Positions 28,622 to 37,562 of a stretch of DNA of 64,000 nucleotides are shown piece by piece. Source of the stretch: Desulfosoma sp. (GTDB lineage: Bacteria > Desulfobacterota > Syntrophobacteria > Syntrophobacterales > DSM-9756); assembly GCA_037481835.1 (NCBI GenBank), contig JBBFKW010000002.1:160001-224000 (forward strand). The letters are read 5' to 3'. The stretch's first letter is position 1. The number at the start of each line of letters is the position of its first letter. Both the position numbers and the translations under genes were made by a program. The notes under the pieces are model-generated. The model saw only the letters and a list, made by a program, of their open reading frames with translations. It did not search any database and had not been told where the DNA came from.

Positions 28622-29727
28622 GTTTCCAGGGTGCGTATCTGGAAGCGGTCTTCCAAGTCCTTGAGTTTCTGCACAATGCCTCCGTACTCCAGTTCAGCGT
28701 AGGGAAGCATGGCGTTTCCGAAGAAACCTTGGCGACGGATTTCCGTGGCCTTGTCGGAAACTTTTTGGCGGATGCGGTCCCAATAGGGATGGTCGAAAGC
28801 GTCCACGGCGCCGGACAGCCGTCCGTGGTGGACGCAGTAGGCGGCGCACGAGACGATAGGCGGGCCGTCGAAGAAAGAAGTGCCCGTATTCTGCCGAACG
28901 GGCATGAGCGGCCCGTTGTGGCTTCCCCGCATGAATCCCGCCACATACGCCCCCAGGTTGAACGGGGCCAGAACCTCTCCGGTGGCGGGAAAGGCGCCCT
29001 GCACACGAACGAGCATGATGGGGTCGTCCTTTCCAGTGTATTTGCCGGCGATGTTGTGCAACCGCGTGGTGCTCACGGCCGCGGCTTGCTCGCCCGTTTG
29101 GCGGGAATGGATGGATTCGATGACGAATCGTTCCGGGTCGCGAAGCAGCGCCGCGATATCGTAGAGTTCTTCCGGGGCGTTCAAAGTGATGACCCGGTCG
29201 GCTTCCACGTGGTTCACGTCCATGATGGTGAAGGAGAAGCCCTGGAACATGCCCGGAGATAGGATGAGGCCCGAACAATACATGGGGTCGGCGAAAGCCA
29301 GGTAGAGCGGCAAATTGTAGGCTCCGGGATCGGTCTTGTCGGCGGCGAAGAAAAGGAAAGGTTCGGCGGGCCTTTCGTCGAATTCCATTTCCGCCACGGC
29401 CGGGCCCAGCCCCCGGACGTTACCGGCGAAAGCGTCTTTGAGCAAGTCTTGGCCGGCGCCGTAAAGACCCTGGTCCTTGGCCACGTCCGTTCCCGCCTTG
29501 AAGGCTTCCCAGGCCAGCCGGTGGACATCTTCGTTGCAGACCCCGCCGGTGTGCGTGCACAAAATGGCGATGTCGTCTCCCGTGTAGGTGACCCGAAAGT
29601 CGATGAGCATCCCTCGGTGATGCTGCTTGACGTGTTCCGCAACCGTCTCCAGCAGCCTGCGGCTGGGCTGGATGTGGCCTCCCACACTGCCGATGTCCGC
29701 CTTGATGGCTGTCAGCGTTGTTTTCAT
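28618..29727 (-). CDS. fbp: Bifunctional fructose-1,6-bisphosphate aldolase/phosphatase (class V)
   Basis: IKADIGSVGGH, GDD, GLYGAGQDLL, ADKT, YTGKDDP, MRGSH and DGPP motifs. Confidence 0.93.
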   Translation of the reverse strand: MKTTLTAIKADIGSVGGHIQPSRRLLETVAEHVKQHHRGMLIDFRVTYTGDDIAILCTHTGGVCNEDVHRLAWEAFKAGTDVAKDQGLYGAGQDLLKDAFAGNVRGLGPAVAEMEFDERPAEPFLFFAADKTDPGAYNLPLYLAFADPMYCSGLILSPGMFQGFSFTIMDVNHVEADRVITLNAPEELYDIAALLRDPERFVIESIHSRQTGEQAAAVSTTRLHNIAGKYTGKDDPIMLVRVQGAFPATGEVLAPFNLGAYVAGFMRGSHNGPLMPVRQNTGTSFFDGPPIVSCAAYCVHHGRLSGAVDAFDHPYWDRIRQKVSDKATEIRRQGFFGNAMLPYAELEYGGIVQKLKDLEDRFQIRTLET

Positions 29728-29917
29728 GATCCACCCCCTTGGTTAATGTTTGCCGATTTCATTGTTTTTCCATGATCTTGGCCCGTATGCTGCGCGGTGG
29801 AGCGGACGTCACCTGGATCGCGAAAAGGCCCCTGGAAGGCGAAGGGAAGGCGATGTCATGGATGGAGTGATCGCACTGGAGCAGGAAAAGATTCGGCGCA
29901 GGTTTTTCTGAGTATAT

Positions 29918-30508
29918 TTACTCTACCACAAACGAGGCGTCGAAACGACCGTAGGATTCCATGTACCGCACGAGGGCAGCCAACTCCTGAAGGAGAACAG
30001 GATAGAGCTTTCGAGCGGTGAGAGCCTGGAGCATGGCCTTATAATACCACAAGGTGCCGTCGCGGCCTCCTTGGAAGCGGTCCCAGACGCCGGGGCCCGA
30101 GCGGTGGAGGTCCGCGACGATGCTCCTGGCGTTGTGGGTCTTGTCCGCCAAAACGACGAGGATTTCCTCCGGGGACGCCTTTTCCAAGCGTCGGAGGGCT
30201 TTTTCTTTGCGTTCCTTCCAGGGAGGCTTGGGAGTGGTGTCGGAATCGGAACAATGCCGGACGATGTCCGCAACCCGTTCTCCGAAACGAGATCGGATAA
30301 TGTCCAAGGTCTCGCGCCCTCCCTGATCTTCCACGGCGTCGTGAAGGAGGGCTGCGATGGCCGTGTCTTCATCCCCGCCGTTTTCCAGCACAAGGGAGGC
30401 TACGGCCATGAGGTGGGAAATGTAGGGAACCGGCGTTCCTTTGCGGACTTGGCTCCGATGCAAATCGAAACAATACCCCAAAGCCTCTCGGAACCGATCG
30501 CTGAGCAT
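29918..30508 (-). CDS. Stand-alone HD hydrolase (Mesh1/small alarmone hydrolase-like)
   Basis: HRSQVRKG..PYISH, AALLHDAVED, FGERVA and ADKTHN motifs; start uncertain. Confidence 0.8.
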   Translation of the reverse strand: MLSDRFREALGYCFDLHRSQVRKGTPVPYISHLMAVASLVLENGGDEDTAIAALLHDAVEDQGGRETLDIIRSRFGERVADIVRHCSDSDTTPKPPWKERKEKALRRLEKASPEEILVVLADKTHNARSIVADLHRSGPGVWDRFQGGRDGTLWYYKAMLQALTARKLYPVLLQELAALVRYMESYGRFDASFVVE

Positions 30509-30636
30509 GGCCTGTGAGCCCGTTTCCATGGGTAGCGCGCTCTCCACGTGGCCTGATCCATCGACGAGGGGGGGAGCCTCGTTGCCTGTGGTTTTCGAGT
30601 TTCCCCGGACCACTCCCGTAAAGGACATGCAGGGGA

Positions 30637-31077
30637 TCATTGGTAGGGCTTGCCGGAGCCGTGGGACTTGCCCTGCTTCTTGGTTTGTCCCGGAGGGTAT
30701 TTTTTTATCACCTCTTTGTGGAATTCATAGGGGCGTTCCGTATCCATTTCCAGGACCACGTAGGTGCCCAAACTGGACGCAAGGGATTTGGGGAGGGAGG
30801 CGGCCGTAATCCAGCGGCCGTCTTGCACGTAAAAGTAAACGCTCCGGGAGACATCCAGATAGACCGCCGCGTCGGGATAATAGTGATAGCGATATTTGGC
30901 CCGATAGCCGTGAGCCGGAGCCCACGGAGGTGGGCCTCCTCCTTGACCCGGCCCGATGTAAGCATCGTCGGACACAACCACTTGGCCGGGGAGGACGCAT
31001 CCGTAAAAGGCTGGGCTTGTGACCAAAAGGATAAGCCCGATGATCAAGCGCGTTAGGGCGGTTCGCATCGTCTCCAT
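30637..31077 (-). CDS. Putative lipoprotein
   Basis: Hydrophobic leader ending FYGC; GPPPWAPAHGYR and KYPPGQ motifs. Confidence 0.7.
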   Translation of the reverse strand: METMRTALTRLIIGLILLVTSPAFYGCVLPGQVVVSDDAYIGPGQGGGPPPWAPAHGYRAKYRYHYYPDAAVYLDVSRSVYFYVQDGRWITAASLPKSLASSLGTYVVLEMDTERPYEFHKEVIKKYPPGQTKKQGKSHGSGKPYQ

Positions 31078-31310
31078 TAGGGTTTTCCTTCCCCGATCAA
31101 GCCCGCGGGATCAGAGTTTTTTCAACCTGGACGATTATGGTACTCAATTGTCCTTGTCACCGCAACATTTCATGGACCTCCCAGGATGAAAGATATTCGT
31201 GCGGTCGAGGCTGACTCGGCACCGCCTTTTCACCCGTCGTCTTGACAGGAGCGCTGAAGGCTGATAGGCGAAGCGTAATCCAAAAAATTTCCCTGAATCA
31301 GGAGCCTGCC

Positions 31311-32024
31311 ATGACGAACGGACACGGAGCGGCTTTTACGCTCGGCATTTTCATATGCATCGGCCTATTCGGACTGGGCATGAGCCTTGGCTCTTCCATC
31401 CATCGCCTCAAAGGCTATGAACGGGTCGTCACGGTGAAAGGACTGGCGGAACGGGAGGTGCCGGCCGATATCGCGGTCTGGCCCATCACCTTTGCCTCGG
31501 CCAATAACGACGTGACGGCCCTTTATGCGACCATGGAAGAAAACACGAAGGAGATCCTTGCTTTTCTGCGAGCGGCCGGGTTTTCCGATGCGGAAATCAC
31601 GACAGCGGCTCCCGTGGTCACGGATAAATTCGCCCAGCGATACGGGACACAGGAGGCCAGCGTCCGCTACACGGCGCAACAGACCATAACGGTTTATTCT
31701 CAACGAATCGATTTTGTGCGGGCCTCCCAGAGTCGGCTGGCCGAGCTGGGCAAGAAGGGAATTGCCTTCGGCGGTGAGGACTACAACCAAAGGACCCAGT
31801 TTCTTTTTACAAAGTTGAATGATTTGAAACCAGCCATGATCGAGGAGGCGACGAGGAATGCCCGGGCCGTGGCGGAAAAGTTCGCTGCGGACTCCCAAAG
31901 CCGGCTCGGCAAACTGAAGCGGGCCAGTCAGGGTCAGTTCACCATCGAGGACCGGGACAGCAACACGCCCTACATCAAGAGGGTCCGCGTCGTCTCAACC
32001 GTGGAATATTATCTGTCCGACTGA
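31311..32024 (+). CDS. SIMPL (DUF541)-type protein
   Basis: N-terminal TM; VTVKGLAEREV, ATRNARAVAEKFA and RVRVVSTVEY motifs; SD caggag. Confidence 0.85.
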   Translation: MTNGHGAAFTLGIFICIGLFGLGMSLGSSIHRLKGYERVVTVKGLAEREVPADIAVWPITFASANNDVTALYATMEENTKEILAFLRAAGFSDAEITTAAPVVTDKFAQRYGTQEASVRYTAQQTITVYSQRIDFVRASQSRLAELGKKGIAFGGEDYNQRTQFLFTKLNDLKPAMIEEATRNARAVAEKFAADSQSRLGKLKRASQGQFTIEDRDSNTPYIKRVRVVSTVEYYLSD

Positions 32025-32325
32025 TGGGCAGGCTCCTCCATGTGTCCTGGTGACAGCCGGTACGGAGGGTCAATTGTAAGAATGTGCCACGTGGGGCCGG
32101 GGCTGTTTCCGGAAGGCCTTTCGCGAGAAGTTCAGCGGCGAATACCCTGGTAACTCATGGATGGCGCTTCGCCGGAATCGCTCTCCATGCAGGCATGGAT
32201 GGGGGGGAAGTGGTGGAGCAGGTTCTGGAGCAGAAGGCCGCGGAGGCAAAGAATTCCCAGGATTTCCCTGTGACCGGTTGCCGGTCAAAGGCGGGATACT
32301 CTGCCTGTTCTTCCTCCAGGGGCTC

Positions 32326-32649
32326 CTAAGCCGTTTCTTTGAGCATCTTGTCCAGAAGCTCTCGGAATGCCGCCAGGCTTTCCGCCTGGATCGCCTGGCG
32401 CCTCAGAGCCTTAAGCCTGGCAATGGAATCCAGGGAGACGATGATCTCTCGAATCGCCAGCGGGCATTCTCCGAAGCGCTCCGTGAGAACGTCCAGGATG
32501 GCCTCCCGCGCCTCCTCCATCATGCCAATCTTCGTCCCTTGTTTGATTCCCTGCTCCAGCCCCTGCTGCAGCCCCTGTTGCAGCCCTTGTTGGATGCCCT
32601 CCTCGTAGCCTTCCTTCTTGATCATTTCGTAAGCGGCGGATTCCATCAT
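32326..32649 (-). CDS. Putative internally translated small Rpn protein, 107 aa (MMESAAYEMIK...)
   Basis: In-frame ATG ATG preceded by AAGGAGG (32665-32659) with a 9-nt spacer. Confidence 0.6.
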   Translation of the reverse strand: MMESAAYEMIKKEGYEEGIQQGLQQGLQQGLEQGIKQGTKIGMMEEAREAILDVLTERFGECPLAIREIIVSLDSIARLKALRRQAIQAESLAAFRELLDKMLKETA

Positions 32650-33249
32650 GATGTCTTTCCTCCTTTCCAGGAGCCTTCGCGGAAACTCGGGTGATACCAG
32701 CCCCGCCAAGAGGGCCATGCCGGTAAGTAAATCGGCCTTCTGCGAGCGGTTGAGGTCGGAGTGATAGAGGATGTTTTCCGCCTCTCCGAAAAGCTCACCG
32801 CCCCCTTTCATGAGGCCCACAAAGGGCATGAGGCATGGTTTTCCCGTTGCCACAATATCACGGGCGTCCAGGGTCGCCAAGGACAGCAGATGAAAGCGGT
32901 ATGAAAGATAACGATTCTCAATGCGATCTACGGCGGAAGGTGCGTGCTTTAAAAGCATAACGGCCGGCACTACGGAAAGGCCCGTCTTCAAACGGTATCG
33001 GGCGTCATACTCCAGGAGCCGGAGGGGCACCTCGGGTTCCCATCGAGATTGGACCTCCAGAAGGACAACCAGGTCCTCACCATCGGTTGTCTTGACGCGA
33101 ATGGGAAAGTCGGCCCGGCGCACGGACGGGGTTTCCTGGGGAAGTTCCAGGATCTCGCTCCATTCGACGGAGAGGTTCAGGAAATACTCCAGAGCCGTTT
33201 CCCGGCAGTGAGACAGAATGACTTTGACCGCGATGTCATAGGCGCCCAT
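32326..33249 (-). CDS. Rpn family (recombination-promoting nuclease/putative transposase) PD-(D/E)xK-like protein
   Basis: YDIAVK, RRADF..LLEVQS, P.RLLEY motifs; GLQQ repeats and RFG-containing C-terminal domain. Confidence 0.8.
   Translation of the reverse strand: MGAYDIAVKVILSHCRETALEYFLNLSVEWSEILELPQETPSVRRADFPIRVKTTDGEDLVVLLEVQSRWEPEVPLRLLEYDARYRLKTGLSVVPAVMLLKHAPSAVDRIENRYLSYRFHLLSLATLDARDIVATGKPCLMPFVGLMKGGGELFGEAENILYHSDLNRSQKADLLTGMALLAGLVSPEFPRRLLERRKDIMMESAAYEMIKKEGYEEGIQQGLQQGLQQGLEQGIKQGTKIGMMEEAREAILDVLTERFGECPLAIREIIVSLDSIARLKALRRQAIQAESLAAFRELLDKMLKETA
32537..32596 (-). repeat. 12-nt tandem repeat, five imperfect units encoding (I/L)(Q/E/K)QG
   Basis: Units resembling ccctgctgcagc on the plus strand. 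Confidence 0.8.
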
Positions 33250-33556
33250 GGGTTGCAGACTCCTTTTCCAGGGTCATCTTTAGGCATGATTATGCCATGG
33301 AGCGCCTTGTCGGTGCACGGGGATATGCATCGAGTTTTGGCCATAAGGGCGGGCTTCGGCGGCCTTCTGAGGAGCTGTTCATCCAATTGAACGCCGTGGG
33401 GGCTATGCGGCTCCCCATGAATGAGGTCTCGTCGATGCCGATCTTTCGGCTCCCGGGAAATCGCTTGGGGTTCCGATGTATCCGACAGGGTGCGCGATCA
33501 TGCGGCAAATGCGGGCGTGGTGTTCCCGGGGAAGGCACTTTACTTTTAGGGAAGTC

Positions 33557-33590
33557 AAAAGGGGCTACGGTTGACAAGCCGTAACCCCCT
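33557..33590 (-). terminator. Terminator after tRNA-Trp
   Basis: Minus strand ggggttacggct-tgtc-aaccgtagcccc followed by tttt. Confidence 0.7.
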
Positions 33591-33599
33591 TGATTTTCC

Positions 33600-33676
33600 T
33601 GGCAGGCCAGGAGGGATTCGAACCCCCAACCCCCGGATTTGGAGTCCGGTGCTCTAGCCGTTCGAGCTACTGGCCT
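33600..33676 (-). tRNA. tRNA-Trp (CCA)
   Basis: Acceptor AGGCCAG/CTGGCCT, anticodon arm ccgga-ctCCAaa-tccgg, GGTTCGAATCC, GCCA end. Confidence 0.95.
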
Positions 33677-33864
33677 GCATGCGCGGACCTTATAGCCATT
33701 CCGGGAAGTGTTGTAAAGGGAAAACTGGGCGCGCCCTGGAGCGCTGCGAGGCTGGGGCCGCCGCAGGCCTAAAAAAAACCGACGCCTGTTGCCTTCGGCA
33801 CGGTTTGTGCTTAAAATTACGTCAGATTGAAAAAAGCTCCGGGGCCGGAGCGCAGGAGGGTGCG

Positions 33865-34128
33865 ATGAAGATCAAATACTGCAAAAAATACGAAAAGTAT
33901 GTGAGCCAACAGCATTGTGAATTCTTTAATGAAGGGGCATCGTGCGAATTCTACAGCCCGGTGACGTGGAACAGCATTAAGGAGCTCCTTCAGGATGTGA
34001 ACAGGCCCAAGTGGGAAGTGAGCGAAGTCATTAAGCCCTTCAAGTGCAATCTTCTCGGCCGGGAATACCTCAACGAGATGAGCCGAAGAAGGCGCGAGCA
34101 AAAAAAGAGAACGGCGGCCCGCCTCTAG
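33865..34128 (+). CDS. Small hypothetical protein, 87 aa, 4 Cys, basic C-terminus
   Basis: Strong SD caggagg before ATG33865; protein-like composition. Confidence 0.7.
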   Translation: MKIKYCKKYEKYVSQQHCEFFNEGASCEFYSPVTWNSIKELLQDVNRPKWEVSEVIKPFKCNLLGREYLNEMSRRRREQKKRTAARL

Positions 34129-34403
34129 TGCGTCATCACGACGCCGCAGGGGCCGTCCCGTGCCAGGACAGGTCCTAACGCCGAAACTCCCCCTTGATCC
34201 CCGTCTTTCCCTCATGCTACTAGCACGATGATCCCGGTCGTGCACAACGTCCCACGGCCACGCCGCTTCCCGCGGACGATGGCCGTGTCATTTTCCTTGA
34301 ACCCTGTGTCAACACATTGAGCACCGGGGCCCGGGGAATGCCCGAAGGGGCACTCGGACCCCGTAGGCTTTTTCCCGTCAAACCTTCAAGGGATGGGGCG
34401 ACG

Positions 34404-35849
34404 ATGTTCAAGAAACTGCTTGTGGCCAACCGCGGGGAGATTGCCATCCGCATCATGCGCTCCGCTCAGGAGCTGGGGATTCGCACGGTGGCAATCTATG
34501 AGGAAACAGACAAAACGGCCATGCACATCATGAAAAGCGATGAAGCCGTGTGCATCGGGGCGGGGCCGCGCAAGGACTATTTGGATATCGACCGGATCAT
34601 TCAGGCGGCCAAGGCCACGGGGGCGGACGCCATCCACCCGGGGTACGGTTTTCTTGCGGAAAATCCCTTGTTTTCCAAAAGATGCACGGACAATGGCCTT
34701 CTCTTTGTCGGACCGCCGCCCCAGGTCATTGCGGACATGGGAAGCAAGGTGGTCGCCCGCCGGATCATGACCGAGGCCGGAATTCCCGTGATTCCCGGGA
34801 CTCCTGTGCTTTCCCAGGGGGATGCCGGAGAGCGCCAGGCCGTTCGGTTTGCGGAAGAGCATGGTTTCCCGGTGATGATCAAGGCCGTGGCGGGAGGCGG
34901 CGGCCGGGGCATCCGAGCCGCCAAGACCATGGATGAGCTGGTTTCGGGCCTCAGGCTGGCCCGTTCCGAAGCCCGCATGGCCTTCGGCGACGACAGCATC
35001 TATCTGGAAAAAGGCCTCATCAATCCCCGCCACGTGGAGGTGCAGATCCTTGCGGACAACTACGGGGCGGTGATTCATCTGGGGACCCGCAACTGTTCCA
35101 TCCAACGCCGACACCAGAAACTGGTGGAAATCGCCCCGGCGAGCCTACCGCCGCTCATTTTGGAAAGGATCTGCGCAGACGCCGTGCGGGCGGCCAAGGC
35201 GGCCCGTTACGTCAACGCGGGGACGGTGGAATTTCTCATCGACGATCAGGATCAGTATTATTTTCTGGAAGTGAACACGCGAATCCAGGTGGAGCATACG
35301 GTCACGGAAATGGTGACGGGCGTGGATATTGTTCGCGAGCAGCTGCGCATCGCCGCCGGGGAACCCCTGTCTTTGAAGCAGCATGACATCCAGATTCGTG
35401 GCTGGTCCATCGAACTGCGCATCAATGCGGAAGATCCCAAAAACAACTTCATGCCCAGTCCCGGCACCATCCGTGTGTACCAGTCCCCCGGAGGCCACGG
35501 CGTGCGCCTGGACGGCGCCATCTATCAGGGCTATGAAATCCCCAGGTTCTACGATTCCATGCTGGTGAAACTGACCGTCTACGGGTTCACCTGGCGTGAA
35601 GCCGTGGACCGCTTGCGCCGTGCTCTGGACGGATTCAACATCGTGGGGGTTCCGACGACCATCCCCTTTTACAAGCAAATCGTGCAGGATCGTGATTTCA
35701 TCGAGCAGCGCTTTGATACGTCCTACATCGACACCCACCCCCATTTGATGGAGTACCGGGAAGAATCCCGCCCGTTGGATCGCTTGGCGCGGCTGATCGC
35801 CGAAATCAACGCCCACGGGTACAATCCCTATGCCCAAGATCGCCCTTGA
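34404..35849 (+). CDS. Biotin carboxylase subunit (PycA/AccC-like)
   Basis: ANRGEIA, HPGYGFLAEN, GGGGRG, CSIQRRHQK and EVNTRIQVEH motifs. Confidence 0.92.
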   Translation: MFKKLLVANRGEIAIRIMRSAQELGIRTVAIYEETDKTAMHIMKSDEAVCIGAGPRKDYLDIDRIIQAAKATGADAIHPGYGFLAENPLFSKRCTDNGLLFVGPPPQVIADMGSKVVARRIMTEAGIPVIPGTPVLSQGDAGERQAVRFAEEHGFPVMIKAVAGGGGRGIRAAKTMDELVSGLRLARSEARMAFGDDSIYLEKGLINPRHVEVQILADNYGAVIHLGTRNCSIQRRHQKLVEIAPASLPPLILERICADAVRAAKAARYVNAGTVEFLIDDQDQYYFLEVNTRIQVEHTVTEMVTGVDIVREQLRIAAGEPLSLKQHDIQIRGWSIELRINAEDPKNNFMPSPGTIRVYQSPGGHGVRLDGAIYQGYEIPRFYDSMLVKLTVYGFTWREAVDRLRRALDGFNIVGVPTTIPFYKQIVQDRDFIEQRFDTSYIDTHPHLMEYREESRPLDRLARLIAEINAHGYNPYAQDRP

Positions 35850-35864
35850 GGAACGGAGTCTTCC

Positions 35865-37523
35865 ATGGCGAGTCGAGAACGCATCACCCCTTCCATGAGC
35901 CCTTCGGAGATTATCGCTTTTGTTCGGGAAACTCCGGGCTATTTCCTGACCAACAACGAAAGGGACGTGTCCCAATCGGATTTCAAATGCCGCATCCTGC
36001 CATGGACCACCCTGCGCGTCGCCCCGTACCGAGACGACACTGGCTATTTCGCCTTTGAAATCACGGGCGGGGCCTCCATCCACGTGGACCTCATGGTCAA
36101 GCAAATCAACCCGTTCGAAAAGCTGCGCCTCGTGCGGCAGCGCATGCCCAATACCCTGATCCAGACCGTATGTCGCGGTCGGAACCTTTTCGGCTACCGC
36201 CCCTATCCGGACAATGTCCTGGAGCTGACCGTCACCCAGTTCGCCCGCTACGTGGATGTGTGGCGGGTTTACGACTTCCTGAACCATGTGCCCAACATGG
36301 AGGTTGTCGGCCGGGCGGTGCAAAAAGCCGGCAAGCTCCTCATGCCGTGCATCTGTTTCAGCACGGGGATCGGACACACCGATGAGTACTATGTGGGCAA
36401 GGTCGGGGAGATTCTGGAAACTTTCGGGGAAGAGATCATCCTCGGCATCAAGAACCACTCGGCCTTGGGATCGCCCCGCCGGATCGCCTCCTTGGTGCAG
36501 GCTCTGCGCACGCGCTATCCCCAGCTGGTGCTCGCCTATCACGGCCATAACACGGACGGAAACGACCTGGGCAGGATGGTGGCGGCCGCCGAAACCGGTG
36601 TCAAGATTTTGGAAGTGGCCGATCACGGCTTTGGCGGCATGTTTTCTCAAGCGCCGGCCCTGAGTCTCATCCAGACGCTCCATGACTACGGCTTCAAGGC
36701 CCCGGGACTGAAAGTCCAGCCCATTGTGGATGCTTCGGATCTCCTGCGACGGGAACGCCGGTACTATGAGCGCTTCGAGACGCCTTTCAGGGGATTCGAT
36801 CCCACCGTCAAGCGGCATCGCCTCACGGGGGGCGCCGCCTCCATGGCTTTCGAGCAAGCGGAAAAGCTGGGCCTTTTGGAACGAATCCATGAGGTCTTCA
36901 GCGAACTCATGGACGTCAACCGGGAATTGGGCAACATTTGGTCGGTCACCCCGGGAAGCCAGATCCTGTGGACCACGGCGGTAAGCAACGTCCTTCACGG
37001 TCGTTACGAACAGCCCAGCGACGACCTTAAGAATTTACTCCTGGGTCGCTACGGCCCTTTTCCGTTTTACGACCCCCAGGAGTGGATCTACGAAAAGGTG
37101 CTGGAACACAAGCGGCGAGACGGCAAGAGGTGGTACCAGATTCTCGCCGAAGAAGCCGGGGTTCAGAAACTGCCCGATGTGGATTTGGAAGCCAAACGGC
37201 GGGAACTGGAAGAGCGGATCAAAAGGCCCGCGGACGACGAGACCCTCTGCCTCTATCTCCAATTTCCCAAAGACGCAGTGGAATTTTTCCGATTCGAGGA
37301 GGCCTTCGGGAAGACGTGGCTCTTGCCGCCCCAAGTGTGGTACCGCCGCGGCGGGTTCCACGACGGCGAAACCATCCTCATTCCCGACGAAGAAGGCAAG
37401 ACCCACCAGATCGATATCATCTCCACGTCTCGCAAAGAGGGCATGGTGGAAACGTCCCTTCTGGTGGACTTTCATTTCCAGACCTATTCCGTCCCTGTGG
37501 GAGGTGCCGAGAAATCCTTTTAA
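35865..37523 (+). CDS. Pyruvate carboxylase-like carboxyltransferase without a biotinyl domain
   Basis: ERDVSQS, RGRNLFGYRPYPD, IKN, HGH and VTPGSQ motifs; no AMKM motif. Confidence 0.8.
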   Translation: MASRERITPSMSPSEIIAFVRETPGYFLTNNERDVSQSDFKCRILPWTTLRVAPYRDDTGYFAFEITGGASIHVDLMVKQINPFEKLRLVRQRMPNTLIQTVCRGRNLFGYRPYPDNVLELTVTQFARYVDVWRVYDFLNHVPNMEVVGRAVQKAGKLLMPCICFSTGIGHTDEYYVGKVGEILETFGEEIILGIKNHSALGSPRRIASLVQALRTRYPQLVLAYHGHNTDGNDLGRMVAAAETGVKILEVADHGFGGMFSQAPALSLIQTLHDYGFKAPGLKVQPIVDASDLLRRERRYYERFETPFRGFDPTVKRHRLTGGAASMAFEQAEKLGLLERIHEVFSELMDVNRELGNIWSVTPGSQILWTTAVSNVLHGRYEQPSDDLKNLLLGRYGPFPFYDPQEWIYEKVLEHKRRDGKRWYQILAEEAGVQKLPDVDLEAKRRELEERIKRPADDETLCLYLQFPKDAVEFFRFEEAFGKTWLLPPQVWYRRGGFHDGETILIPDEEGKTHQIDIISTSRKEGMVETSLLVDFHFQTYSVPVGGAEKSF

Positions 37524-37562
37524 TCAAGCCACAGGCGGACTTGGACGAAGGGGAGGGATCGT

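Noticed and set aside
29779..29793. GG-N10-GC motif TGGCCCGTATGCTGC, and a weaker one at 38569-38583
   Set aside because: The first has no plus-strand gene downstream and the second deviates from TGGCAC; both are likely chance matches in GC-rich DNA.
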